Assembly: GCA_002269645.1 (NCBI GenBank)
Contig: NIVC01003807.1
Span: 12,034 to 76,033, forward strand
DNA: 64,000 bases
Origin: Macrostomum lignano
Taxonomy: Eukaryota
Direction of reading: 5' to 3'
This document shows positions 13,801-27,300 of this stretch, one piece after another. A model generated the notes under the pieces. That model was given only the letters and a program-made list of their open reading frames with translations, was not told the origin of the DNA and did no database searches. Both the position numbers and the translations under genes were made by a program. How positions within the stretch are numbered: the first letter of the stretch is position 1; every line of letters starts with the position of its first letter.

Positions 13801-16800
13801 TCAGTAGCTCAGGAGTTTAGCTTCCACCTCAGTAGCTCAGGAGTTTAGCTTCCACCTCAGTAGCTCAGGAGTTTAGCTTCCACCTCAGTAGCTCAGGAGT
13901 TTAGCTTCCACCTCAGTAGCTCAGGAGTTTAGCTTCCACCTCAGTAGCTCAGGAGTTTAGCTTCCACCTCAGTAGCTCAGGAGTTTAGCTTCCACCTCAG
14001 TAGCTCAGGAGTTTAGCTTCCACCTCAGTAGCTCAGGAGTTTAGCTTCCACCTCAGTAGCTCAGGAGTTTAGCTTCCACCTCAGTAGCTCAGGAGTTTAG
14101 CTTCCACCTCAGTAGCTCAGGAGTTTAGCTTCCACCTCAGTAGCTCAGGAGTTTAGCTTCCACCTCAGTAGCTCAGGAGTTTAGCTTCCACCTCAGTAGC
14201 TCAGGAGTTTAGCTTCCACCTCAGTAGCTCAGGAGTTTAGCTTCCACCTCAGTAGCTCAGGAGTTTAGCTTCCACCTCAGTAGCTCAGGAGTTTAGCTTC
14301 CACCTCAGTAGCTCAGGAGTTTAGCTTCCACCTCAGTAGCTCAGGAGTTTAGCTTCCACCTCAGTAGCTCAGGAGTTTAGCTTCCACCTCAGTAGCTCAG
14401 GAGTTTAGCTTCCACCTCAGTAGCTCAGGAGTTTAGCTTCCACCTCAGTAGCTCAGGAGTTTAGCTTCCACCTCAGTAGCTCAGGAGTTTAGCTTCCACC
14501 TCAGTAGCTCAGGAGTTTAGCTTCCACCTCAGTAGCTCAGGAGTTTAGCTTCCACCTCAGTAGCTCAGGAGTTTAGCTTCCACCTCAGTAGCTCAGGAGT
14601 TTAGCTTCCACCTCAGTAGCTCAGGAGTTTAGCTTCCACCTCAGTAGCTCAGGAGTTTAGCTTCCACCTCAGTAGCTCAGGAGTTTAGCTTCCACCTCAG
14701 TAGCTCAGGAGTTTAGCTTCCACCTCAGTAGCTCAGGAGTTTAGCTTCCACCTCAGTAGCTCAGGAGTTTAGCTTCCACCTCAGTAGCTCAGGAGTTTAG
14801 CTTCCACCTCAGTAGCTCAGGAGTTTAGCTTCCACCTCAGTAGCTCAGGAGTTTAGCTTCCACCTCAGTAGCTCAGGAGTTTAGCTTCCACCTCAGTAGC
14901 TCAGGAGTTTAGCTTCCACCTCAGTAGCTCAGGAGTTTAGCTTCCACCTCAGTAGCTCAGGAGTTTAGCTTCCACCTCAGTAGCTCAGGAGTTTAGCTTC
15001 CACCTCAGTAGCTCAGGAGTTTAGCTTCCACCTCAGTAGCTCAGGAGTTTAGCTTCCACCTCAGTAGCTCAGGAGTTTAGCTTCCACCTCAGTAGCTCAG
15101 GAGTTTAGCTTCCACCTCAGTAGCTCAGGAGTTTAGCTTCCACCTCAGTAGCTCAGGAGTTTAGCTTCCACCTCAGTAGCTCAGGAGTTTAGCTTCCACC
15201 TCAGTAGCTCAGGAGTTTAGCTTCCACCTCAGTAGCTCAGGAGTTTAGCTTCCACCTCAGTAGCTCAGGAGTTTAGCTTCCACCTCAGTAGCTCAGGAGT
15301 TTAGCTTCCACCTCAGTAGCTCAGGAGTTTAGCTTCCACCTCAGTAGCTCAGGAGTTTAGCTTCCACCTCAGTAGCTCAGGAGTTTAGCTTCCACCTCAG
15401 TAGCTCAGGAGTTTAGCTTCCACCTCAGTAGCTCAGGAGTTTAGCTTCCACCTCAGTAGCTCAGGAGTTTAGCTTCCACCTCAGTAGCTCAGGAGTTTAG
15501 CTTCCACCTCAGTAGCTCAGGAGTTTAGCTTCCACCTCAGTAGCTCAGGAGTTTAGCTTCCACCTCAGTAGCTCAGGAGTTTAGCTTCCACCTCAGTAGC
15601 TCAGGAGTTTAGCTTCCACCTCAGTAGCTCAGGAGTTTAGCTTCCACCTCAGTAGCTCAGGAGTTTAGCTTCCACCTCAGTAGCTCAGGAGTTTAGCTTC
15701 CACCTCAGTAGCTCAGGAGTTTAGCTTCCACCTCAGTAGCTCAGGAGTTTAGCTTCCACCTCAGTAGCTCAGGAGTTTAGCTTCCACCTCAGTAGCTCAG
15801 GAGTTTAGCTTCCACCTCAGTAGCTCAGGAGTTTAGCTTCCACCTCAGTAGCTCAGGAGTTTAGCTTCCACCTCAGTAGCTCAGGAGTTTAGCTTCCACC
15901 TCAGTAGCTCAGGAGTTTAGCTTCCACCTCAGTAGCTCAGGAGTTTAGCTTCCACCTCAGTAGCTCAGGAGTTTAGCTTCCACCTCAGTAGCTCAGGAGT
16001 TTAGCTTCCACCTCAGTAGCTCAGGAGTTTAGCTTCCACCTCAGTAGCTCAGGAGTTTAGCTTCCACCTCAGTAGCTCAGGAGTTTAGCTTCCACCTCAG
16101 TAGCTCAGGAGTTTAGCTTCCACCTCAGTAGCTCAGGAGTTTAGCTTCCACCTCAGTAGCTCAGGAGTTTAGCTTCCACCTCAGTAGCTCAGGAGTTTAG
16201 CTTCCACCTCAGTAGCTCAGGAGTTTAGCTTCCACCTCAGTAGCTCAGGAGTTTAGCTTCCACCTCAGTAGCTCAGGAGTTTAGCTTCCACCTCAGTAGC
16301 TCAGGAGTTTAGCTTCCACCTCAGTAGCTCAGGAGTTTAGCTTCCACCTCAGTAGCTCAGGAGTTTAGCTTCCACCTCAGTAGCTCAGGAGTTTAGCTTC
16401 CACCTCAGTAGCTCAGGAGTTTAGCTTCCACCTCAGTAGCTCAGGAGTTTAGCTTCCACCTCAGTAGCTCAGGAGTTTAGCTTCCACCTCAGTAGCTCAG
16501 GAGTTTAGCTTCCACCTCAGTAGCTCAGGAGTTTAGCTTCCACCTCAGTAGCTCAGGAGTTTAGCTTCCACCTCAGTAGCTCAGGAGTTTAGCTTCCACC
16601 TCAGTAGCTCAGGAGTTTAGCTTCCACCTCAGTAGCTCAGGAGTTTAGCTTCCACCTCAGTAGCTCAGGAGTTTAGCTTCCACCTCAGTAGCTCAGGAGT
16701 TTAGCTTCCACCTCAGTAGCTCAGGAGTTTAGCTTCCACCTCAGTAGCTCAGGAGTTTAGCTTCCACCTCAGTAGCTCAGGAGTTTAGCTTCCACCTCAG

Positions 16801-19800
16801 TAGCTCAGGAGTTTAGCTTCCACCTCAGTAGCTCAGGAGTTTAGCTTCCACCTCAGTAGCTCAGGAGTTTAGCTTCCACCTCAGTAGCTCAGGAGTTTAG
16901 CTTCCACCTCAGTAGCTCAGGAGTTTAGCTTCCACCTCAGTAGCTCAGGAGTTTAGCTTCCACCTCAGTAGCTCAGGAGTTTAGCTTCCACCTCAGTAGC
17001 TCAGGAGTTTAGCTTCCACCTCAGTAGCTCAGGAGTTTAGCTTCCACCTCAGTAGCTCAGGAGTTTAGCTTCCACCTCAGTAGCTCAGGAGTTTAGCTTC
17101 CACCTCAGTAGCTCAGGAGTTTAGCTTCCACCTCAGTAGCTCAGGAGTTTAGCTTCCACCTCAGTAGCTCAGGAGTTTAGCTTCCACCTCAGTAGCTCAG
17201 GAGTTTAGCTTCCACCTCAGTAGCTCAGGAGTTTAGCTTCCACCTCAGTAGCTCAGGAGTTTAGCTTCCACCTCAGTAGCTCAGGAGTTTAGCTTCCACC
17301 TCAGTAGCTCAGGAGTTTAGCTTCCACCTCAGTAGCTCAGGAGTTTAGCTTCCACCTCAGTAGCTCAGGAGTTTAGCTTCCACCTCAGTAGCTCAGGAGT
17401 TTAGCTTCCACCTCAGTAGCTCAGGAGTTTAGCTTCCACCTCAGTAGCTCAGGAGTTTAGCTTCCACCTCAGTAGCTCAGGAGTTTAGCTTCCACCTCAG
17501 TAGCTCAGGAGTTTAGCTTCCACCTCAGTAGCTCAGGAGTTTAGCTTCCACCTCAGTAGCTCAGGAGTTTAGCTTCCACCTCAGTAGCTCAGGAGTTTAG
17601 CTTCCACCTCAGTAGCTCAGGAGTTTAGCTTCCACCTCAGTAGCTCAGGAGTTTAGCTTCCACCTCAGTAGCTCAGGAGTTTAGCTTCCACCTCAGTAGC
17701 TCAGGAGTTTAGCTTCCACCTCAGTAGCTCAGGAGTTTAGCTTCCACCTCAGTAGCTCAGGAGTTTAGCTTCCACCTCAGTAGCTCAGGAGTTTAGCTTC
17801 CACCTCAGTAGCTCAGGAGTTTAGCTTCCACCTCAGTAGCTCAGGAGTTTAGCTTCCACCTCAGTAGCTCAGGAGTTTAGCTTCCACCTCAGTAGCTCAG
17901 GAGTTTAGCTTCCACCTCAGTAGCTCAGGAGTTTAGCTTCCACCTCAGTAGCTCAGGAGTTTAGCTTCCACCTCAGTAGCTCAGGAGTTTAGCTTCCACC
18001 TCAGTAGCTCAGGAGTTTAGCTTCCACCTCAGTAGCTCAGGAGTTTAGCTTCCACCTCAGTAGCTCAGGAGTTTAGCTTCCACCTCAGTAGCTCAGGAGT
18101 TTAGCTTCCACCTCAGTAGCTCAGGAGTTTAGCTTCCACCTCAGTAGCTCAGGAGTTTAGCTTCCACCTCAGTAGCTCAGGAGTTTAGCTTCCACCTCAG
18201 TAGCTCAGGAGTTTAGCTTCCACCTCAGTAGCTCAGGAGTTTAGCTTCCACCTCAGTAGCTCAGGAGTTTAGCTTCCACCTCAGTAGCTCAGGAGTTTAG
18301 CTTCCACCTCAGTAGCTCAGGAGTTTAGCTTCCACCTCAGTAGCTCAGGAGTTTAGCTTCCACCTCAGTAGCTCAGGAGTTTAGCTTCCACCTCAGTAGC
18401 TCAGGAGTTTAGCTTCCACCTCAGTAGCTCAGGAGTTTAGCTTCCACCTCAGTAGCTCAGGAGTTTAGCTTCCACCTCAGTAGCTCAGGAGTTTAGCTTC
18501 CACCTCAGTAGCTCAGGAGTTTAGCTTCCACCTCAGTAGCTCAGGAGTTTAGCTTCCACCTCAGTAGCTCAGGAGTTTAGCTTCCACCTCAGTAGCTCAG
18601 GAGTTTAGCTTCCACCTCAGTAGCTCAGGAGTTTAGCTTCCACCTCAGTAGCTCAGGAGTTTAGCTTCCACCTCAGTAGCTCAGGAGTTTAGCTTCCACC
18701 TCAGTAGCTCAGGAGTTTAGCTTCCACCTCAGTAGCTCAGGAGTTTAGCTTCCACCTCAGTAGCTCAGGAGTTTAGCTTCCACCTCAGTAGCTCAGGAGT
18801 TTAGCTTCCACCTCAGTAGCTCAGGAGTTTAGCTTCCACCTCAGTAGCTCAGGAGTTTAGCTTCCACCTCAGTAGCTCAGGAGTTTAGCTTCCACCTCAG
18901 TAGCTCAGGAGTTTAGCTTCCACCTCAGTAGCTCAGGAGTTTAGCTTCCACCTCAGTAGCTCAGGAGTTTAGCTTCCACCTCAGTAGCTCAGGAGTTTAG
19001 CTTCCACCTCAGTAGCTCAGGAGTTTAGCTTCCACCTCAGTAGCTCAGGAGTTTAGCTTCCACCTCAGTAGCTCAGGAGTTTAGCTTCCACCTCAGTAGC
19101 TCAGGAGTTTAGCTTCCACCTCAGTAGCTCAGGAGTTTAGCTTCCACCTCAGTAGCTCAGGAGTTTAGCTTCCACCTCAGTAGCTCAGGAGTTTAGCTTC
19201 CACCTCAGTAGCTCAGGAGTTTAGCTTCCACCTCAGTAGCTCAGGAGTTTAGCTTCCACCTCAGTAGCTCAGGAGTTTAGCTTCCACCTCAGTAGCTCAG
19301 GAGTTTAGCTTCCACCTCAGTAGCTCAGGAGTTTAGCTTCCACCTCAGTAGCTCAGGAGTTTAGCTTCCACCTCAGTAGCTCAGGAGTTTAGCTTCCACC
19401 TCAGTAGCTCAGGAGTTTAGCTTCCACCTCAGTAGCTCAGGAGTTTAGCTTCCACCTCAGTAGCTCAGGAGTTTAGCTTCCACCTCAGTAGCTCAGGAGT
19501 TTAGCTTCCACCTCAGTAGCTCAGGAGTTTAGCTTCCACCTCAGTAGCTCAGGAGTTTAGCTTCCACCTCAGTAGCTCAGGAGTTTAGCTTCCACCTCAG
19601 TAGCTCAGGAGTTTAGCTTCCACCTCAGTAGCTCAGGAGTTTAGCTTCCACCTCAGTAGCTCAGGAGTTTAGCTTCCACCTCAGTAGCTCAGGAGTTTAG
19701 CTTCCACCTCAGTAGCTCAGGAGTTTAGCTTCCACCTCAGTAGCTCAGGAGTTTAGCTTCCACCTCAGTAGCTCAGGAGTTTAGCTTCCACCTCAGTAGC

Positions 19801-21160
19801 TCAGGAGTTTAGCTTCCACCTCAGTAGCTCAGGAGTTTAGCTTCCACCTCAGTAGCTCAGGAGTTTAGCTTCCACCTCAGTAGCTCAGGAGTTTAGCTTC
19901 CACCTCAGTAGCTCAGGAGTTTAGCTTCCACCTCAGTAGCTCAGGAGTTTAGCTTCCACCTCAGTAGCTCAGGAGTTTAGCTTCCACCTCAGTAGCTCAG
20001 GAGTTTAGCTTCCACCTCAGTAGCTCAGGAGTTTAGCTTCCACCTCAGTAGCTCAGGAGTTTAGCTTCCACCTCAGTAGCTCAGGAGTTTAGCTTCCACC
20101 TCAGTAGCTCAGGAGTTTAGCTTCCACCTCAGTAGCTCAGGAGTTTAGCTTCCACCTCAGTAGCTCAGGAGTTTAGCTTCCACCTCAGTAGCTCAGGAGT
20201 TTAGCTTCCACCTCAGTAGCTCAGGAGTTTAGCTTCCACCTCAGTAGCTCAGGAGTTTAGCTTCCACCTCAGTAGCTCAGGAGTTTAGCTTCCACCTCAG
20301 TAGCTCAGGAGTTTAGCTTCCACCTCAGTAGCTCAGGAGTTTAGCTTCCACCTCAGTAGCTCAGGAGTTTAGCTTCCACCTCAGTAGCTCAGGAGTTTAG
20401 CTTCCACCTCAGTAGCTCAGGAGTTTAGCTTCCACCTCAGTAGCTCAGGAGTTTAGCTTCCACCTCAGTAGCTCAGGAGTTTAGCTTCCACCTCAGTAGC
20501 TCAGGAGTTTAGCTTCCACCTCAGTAGCTCAGGAGTTTAGCTTCCACCTCAGTAGCTCAGGAGTTTAGCTTCCACCTCAGTAGCTCAGGAGTTTAGCTTC
20601 CACCTCAGTAGCTCAGGAGTTTAGCTTCCACCTCAGTAGCTCAGGAGTTTAGCTTCCACCTCAGTAGCTCAGGAGTTTAGCTTCCACCTCAGTAGCTCAG
20701 GAGTTTAGCTTCCACCTCAGTAGCTCAGGAGTTTAGCTTCCACCTCAGTAGCTCAGGAGTTTAGCTTCCACCTCAGTAGCTCAGGAGTTTAGCTTCCACC
20801 TCAGTAGCTCAGGAGTTTAGCTTCCACCTCAGTAGCTCAGGAGTTTAGCTTCCACCTCAATAGCTCAGGAGTTTAGCTTCCACCTCAATAGCTCAGGAGT
20901 TTAGCTTCCACCTCAATAGCTCAGGAGTTTAGCTTCCACCTCAATAGCTCAGGAGTTTAGCTTCCACCTCAGTAGCTCAGGAGTTTAGCTTCCACCTCAG
21001 TAGCTCAGGAGTTTAGCTTCCACCTCAATAGCTCAGGAGTTTAGCTTCCACCTCAGTAGCTCAGGAGTTTAGCTTCCACCTCAGTAGCTCAGGAGTTTAG
21101 CTTCCACCTCAGGAGTTTAGCTTCCACCTCAGTAGCTCAGGAGTTTAGCTTCCACCTCAG
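4885..21160. repeat. 28-bp satellite (agcttccacctcagtagctcaggagttt)n, about 580 copies, about 16.3 kb
   Basis: The line pattern recurs every 420 nt (15 x 28). I saw variants only in the first ~4 and last ~12 units. Confidence 0.98.
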
Positions 21161-21315
21161 TTGCTCGAAAATTTTTAGTATGCTAAGCTTTTACAACTAG
21201 TGTTAAAGTTTATATACTCGCAAAATCATTCTTAAAACCTTCCTGCTGTAAATCGCAAACCCGACTAGAGTAGTAAATAGTTGTACATTAGTATTAATAA
21301 TATTAGTAATAAATA

Positions 21316-24300
21316 ATGCAGCGGCGGCAATCGTCAACTAGAATTAGTCGCAGCAGAGCTGCCGCCGCCGCAGCCGCTGCTGCTGCCGCTGCTTCCCCGG
21401 CAAAGAAAGCTGCAAAAGCAGTGGACGAAGACTCCATCACCAACAAAAGCAACGGCAGCAGCAGCAGCAGTAAAGAAAACGTATCAACGCGGCGCAGCAG
21501 AACTCGACGAAACGCCTCCGCCTCCGCTGGCAACGCAGACGATGTAGACGAACCAGCGTACGTGTCGCCGCGCAAGAAGGCTCGGCTGGCCAAGGCGGAG
21601 AATCCGGCCTCGGCCGACGCCGCCAAGTCGGACGCCGAATCGTCGCCAGACGCCTCAGTTGGCAGGCGCAACATAAAGCGGATTATGCAGGCTAAGGACA
21701 TCTCCCAGGCTACTAAGAAGGCTCAAATTGCAGAGAGGGTTAGAGTTTTTGATAATATGAACTGTGCTCCGCCCTTGCTGCAAAAGTCCTCTCGCCTTAT
21801 TTACAATCGCCCTCTCGCCTGATTGAGAATCGCCCTCTCGCCTGATTGAGAATCGCCCTCTCGCCTGATTGAGAATCGCCCTCTCGCCTGATTGAGAATC
21901 GCCCTCTCGCCTGATTGAGAATCGACCTCTCGCCTGATTGAGAATTGCCCTCTCGCCTGATTGAGAATCGACCTCTCGCCTTATTTACAATCGCCCTCTC
22001 GCCTTATTTACAATCGCCCTCTCGCCTTATTTACAATCGCCCTCTCGCCTTATTGAGAGTCGTCCTCTCCTTATTGAGATATAGGTGATCGCCCTGCAGC
22101 CTCATGGGGAATCGCCCTGCAGCCTCATAGGGAATCGCCCTGCAGCCTCACAGGCAATCGCCCTGCAGCCTCATAGGGAATCGCCCTGCAGCCTCACAGG
22201 GGAATCGCCCTGCAGCCTCATAGGGAATCGCCCTGCAGCCTCATTGGGAATCGCCCTGCAGCCTCATAGGGAATCGCCCTGCAGCCTCATTGCGAATCGC
22301 CCTGCAGCCTCACGGGGAATCGCCCTGCAGCCTCACGGGGAATCGCCCTGCAGCCTCACGGGGAATCGCCCTGCAGCCTCATAAGGAATCGCTCTGCAGC
22401 CTCACGGGCAATCGCCCTGCAGCCTCATAAGGAATCGCTCTGCAGCCTCACGGGCAATCGCCCTGCAGCCTCATAAGGAATCGCCCTGCAGCCTCATTGG
22501 GAATCGCCCTGCAGCCTCATTGGGAATCGCCCTGCAGCCTCATTGCGAATCGCCCTGCAGCCTCACGGGGAATCGCCCTGCAGCCTCATTGGGAATCGCC
22601 CTGCAGCCTCATTGCGAATCGCCCTGCAGCCTCACGGGGAATCGCCCTGCAGCCTCACGGGGAATCGCCCTGCAGCCTCATTGGGAATCGCCCTGCAGCC
22701 TCATTGCGAATCGCCCTGCAGCCTCACGGGGAATCGCCCTGCAGCCTCGTGGGGAATCGCCCTGCAGCCTCACGGGGAATCGCCCTGCAGCCTCATTGGG
22801 AATCGCCCTGCAGCCTCATGGGGAATCGCCCTGCAGCCTCATTGGGAATCGCCCTGCAGCCTCATTGGGAATCGCCCTGCAGCCTCATTGCGAATCGCCC
22901 TGCAGCCTCACGGGGAATCGCCCTGCAGCCGCAAATCACTCTCCGCCATCTCAGGAACGCCTTCGCCGAATTGCGGAGCGCCAAAAGCAGCAGCGCCGGC
23001 AACCGCAGCGACACGAGCCAGAGGTGTCGGTGGAAGAGTCGGACTCGGAGACCAAGGTCGAGCTGGATGAAAAGTCAGTTGTTGAGAAAAAGCACAAGCG
23101 ACGGCCAGCTAGGCAGTCGCTGTCGCCGCCGCCGCCACCGCCCCTAGCGTTGGAGCGAGCGCCAGACACCGGGGAGTCCTTAGTAGACGTGGCACCTCGC
23201 GTCTGTCGGCATCTGAAGCCGCACCAGGCGGATGCGGTGCAGTTCCTATACGATTGTCTATTCGAGAGTGCAGCGGAGACCCGGCGCGGATCTGCTGGGT
23301 CAGGCGCCCTGCTGGCACACTGCATGGGCCTCGGTAAGAGCCTGTCAGTGATTGCTTTTCTGCACGCTGTGATGCGCCGCTGCAGTCCGAAGGCGCCGCT
23401 TGGCGCTCGCTCCGCTCTGATTGTCTGTCCGCTGAATGTGGCGCTGAATTGGACTAACGAGTTCCGAATGTGGCTAGGCGATGAAGCTACTCAAAGACGG
23501 TGCGAAAGCGCTTTTTTCATTTTTCTCTGGCTCAGATTCCACCAATAGCAATTCCTGGGCTGAGTTGGGTGCTCAGATTCCCCCAATAGCAATTCATTGG
23601 CTGAGTTGTGTGCTCAGATTCCCCCAATAGCAATTCATTGGCTGAGTCGTGTGCTCAGATCCCCCCAATAGCAATTCAGTGGCTGAGTTGTGTGCTCAGA
23701 TCCCCCAATAGCAATTCAGTGGCTGAGTTGTGTGCTCAGATTCCCCCAATAGCAATTCAGTGGCTGAGTTGTGTGCTCAGATTCCCCAATAGCAATTCAG
23801 TGGCTGAGTTGTGTGCTCAGATTCCCCAATAGCAATTCAGTGGCTGAGTTGGGTGCTCAGATTCAGCAAGCAGCAGCTGATTTCACAAACCGGCCAACTG
23901 TAGATTCGGCGAGTCCCGTTACCTATCCGCGAGCTGACCAGCATGCGACTGGGTAGCGATCGATTGACCGCCTGCCGAGAATTTATGGAGACTGGCGGCG
24001 TGCTTATTGTTAATTACGATATGTTTCGCAATTTGGCTCAGGTAATTCATTGTCTACATTATTTCTTAGGGTAAACGGCAAGAGTAACTATACCTGCAAT
24101 ACAAGTAGAAGATTCTTCGCAATCGGATTAGTGCATAGCTTGACAATCGAATGCCCCGCCTGCTCAAGGGTCGCGGCCTGTCTAACAAGCGGAAGCAGCG
24201 CGAACTTTATCGCCGAGCACTGCTGGACCCAGGCCCGGACATTGTGGTCTGCGACGAAGGTCACGTGCTCAAATCTGGCGCCACCGGCTTATCCAAAGCC

Positions 24301-27300
24301 ATGTGCGAGATTCGAACCAAGCGTAGGATTGTGCTGACCGGCACGCCGCTGCAGAACAATCTGATTGAATACTATACCATGGTTAGCTTTGTTAAGCCTA
24401 GCCTGCTGGGTACGCAGAAGGAGTTCGCTAACAGGCAAGTTTTATCAATAAAAATTAGTTGATTGCACCTGCCCCAATGGCCAGATGTGCAACCGACAGC
24501 TCAGCCGCAGCTATTGTGCGGCGCATCTGAAGGCTGAGTATTGTTCTTTGGCGCTGACAATGCCGGACATTTGTCTGAGAATTGTTCTTTGGCGCTGACA
24601 ATGCCGGACATTTGTCTGAGAATTGTCCTTTGGCGCTGGCAATGCTGGACATTTGTCTGAGAATTGTCCTTTGGCGCTGGCAATGCCGGACATTTGTCTG
24701 AGAATTGTCCTTTGGCGCTGGCAATGCTGGACACTTGTCTGAGAATTGTCCTTTGGCGCTGGCAATGCCGGACATTTGTCTGAGAATTGTCCCTTGGCGC
24801 TGACAATGCCGGACATTTGTCTGAGAATTGTCCTTGGCGCTGACAATGCCGGACATTTGTCTGAGAATTGTTCTTTGGCGCTGGCAATGCCGGACATTTG
24901 TCTGAGAATTGTCCCTTGGCGCTGACAATGCCGGACATTTGTCTGAGAATTGTCCTTGGCGCTGACAATGCCGGACATTTGTCTGAGAATTGTCCTTTGG
25001 CGCTGACAATGCCGGACATTTGTCTGAGAATTGTCCTTTGGCGCTGAAAATTGGCTCTAGAAAATGTTATAGCTGTCCGCTATGATCTGAAAGTATTGGG
25101 AGTGGAAGTGTCTAAAATCTCCTTGCTCCATCCTATTCCCGCTCAGATTCGTGAATCCCATCAACAATGGCCAGCACTCGGACAGCACCGCCTTTGACGT
25201 TCAGCTGATGAAGCGCCGGGCCCACGTTCTGCACAAAATGTTGTCCGGCTGCGTGCATAGGCGGGACTACACCGCGCTGACCAAGTACCTGCCGCCAAAG
25301 CACGAGTTTATTATCAATATCAGGCTGGGTGAAGTGCAGGAACAGTTGTATAGGAAATACCTGGACCAGGTGCGACCGCTGCTATTTAGCCATTCGGTGT
25401 CGCTGTTTGCCGATCAACAGGTGAGAATTACTGTTGGATTAGTTAGAAACGGAAGGGGCTGTGTGCAACCTGGCGCAATTCACACAACCGGCGAGAGGCA
25501 TTGCTGCCCATTCCGCCGACTCCCCTACATGTAAGCAGGCACACAAGCGCGCGGATACGTACGCAGTCATACGCACAGGCACACACTCACACGGGAGTGT
25601 ACAGCGGCCCTAACTTTATTTATCGTTAGGCATGTACACTTCACTGTGCCTTGGGGGTTGGCCCTCAAGGCCGTTAATTGCACGAGCAGAGCCAAGCCGA
25701 GATTCCAATTTAGCCAGAAACAAATGTGACTGCACTTGGAATCGAGCCTGGGCCGCTGGCACATCAATACAATATGAGTGTAACTCGCTAAAAAAACTTC
25801 TAGCACTACTTACAACCTAGTAGTATCTGAGTGGTAAAGCGTCTAACTTTCGTGTCTCTCGGGCCAACTTATCTTTTATATAGAATATAAAAGTTTTCAA
25901 CTCCCAACCTGAGCACTACTTACCATGAGTAGTATAATAATAAATGCCGCAGGTTCTCTACCGGGTGTGGACCCATCCGCACTTGCTGAAGCTACACGAA
26001 GAGGAGGCGGCCAAGCGGGACCGGTGGACCAGCAGCGAGGACGACGAGGAGGACGACGATGAAGAAGACGGAGAGCAAAGAGAAGACTCGGGAGACAGCG
26101 ATGAGGATGCAGATGACAACAGCGATGACAGCAGACGTCCGGTGAAGCACCGGCGCCGTCGTTGGCTCGGCAGCAGCGACGACAGCAGCGAGAGCAGCAG
26201 CGCGGCGGACAGCAGCAGCGCCGACGAGGTCGTTACCGGCTGGTCGACGCGAAGTCGCGGCAGCAAAGGCGCTGAAGCGGCCGACAATGCCGCAGCCGCA
26301 CAGGCGATTGTCCAGCCGGCGCGGCCGCCGCAGTGGTGGCACCCCATGTACACGGACTCCATGGCTGATGATGTCTCCCTAAGCGGCAAGCTGCACATTC
26401 TATTCAGCCTATTGCGCTCGTTTGAAGAGCACGGCGATAAAACTTTAGTATTCTCGCAGAGCCTTCTATCGCTGGACATTATTGAACACTTTCTTGACAA
26501 GCTGGGCATTGGCCAGCCTGGCGAGGACTATCTGCGTCTGGACGGGTCCACTTCGGCCGCCAGTAGGAAGTCCATGTCCGAGGCGTTCAATAAGGAGAGC
26601 GACACTCGACTGAGGCTATTTCTAATCAGCACCAAAGCTGGCGGGCTGGGTGAGCGATGCTTTTTTTATAGTCCTAGTTAATTAGGCTATTAATTTTCCA
26701 TTACTGCCGCTTGAAGTAGGCTGGATTGAAAAGGCGAAAAGGCTCAAATGTGACTGCCAAATAAACGGTCACATTTGAGGGTCAAAAGTGTGACACATTG
26801 ACACAATGTGACACAATGTCACATTTTTACGGTCACAAAAAAAAGTTGTGACCGTCCCACTTTTATACGTGAATGATAATAACAATAATTGCATTTACTT
26901 TTACTGCCGCTATGAGTAGATTAGTGCATCCATAGCAAACTAAATTTTAGTTACAAAATTTTATCAATGATTAAAAATCGCCGAATCTCCCACAAATTAA
27001 TCTTGTTTGAGCCTAACAGTCATTATTAACGCTCCAACGAGGTCCCTCCCCCACCCCAAATCGCGCAGGCGTGAACCTACCCGCGGCTAATCGCGTCGTG
27101 ATATTCGACGTCAGCTGGAATCCGTCGCACGACATCCAGTCGATATTTCGCACCTACCGGTTCGGCCAGACCAAGCCGGTATTCGTGTACAGACTGGTAG
27201 CCCAGGGCACTATGGAGGAGAAGATCTATAGCAGGCAGGTGAACAAACAGTCGCTAGGCTTTCGCGTTATCGACGAGCACCAGATTAATCGGCACTTCAG

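Noticed and set aside
4885-21160. CRISPR-like array (28-bp repeat)
   Set aside because: Units are head-to-tail with no spacers, there are no cas genes, and the context is eukaryotic.
4885-21160. The unit contains tagctcaggag, resembling a tRNA D-arm/Pol III A box
   Set aside because: There is no B box or other tRNA arm, and a degenerate 11-mer match is likely by chance.
4879-21190. ctaagctt direct repeat on both sides of the satellite as a possible TSD
   Set aside because: The right copy is about 20 bp away from the array end, and the motif overlaps the unit's own agctt.
22085-25019. Overlapping repetitive ORFs in ATRX introns 1, 2 and 4
   Set aside because: They are translations of intronic minisatellites; homology-supported splicing skips them.
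25620-25670. Short motif ctgtgccttgggggtt[g/a]gccctca shared with about 47640-47665
   Set aside because: It is probably a fragment of another dispersed repeat, too short to define ends or class.
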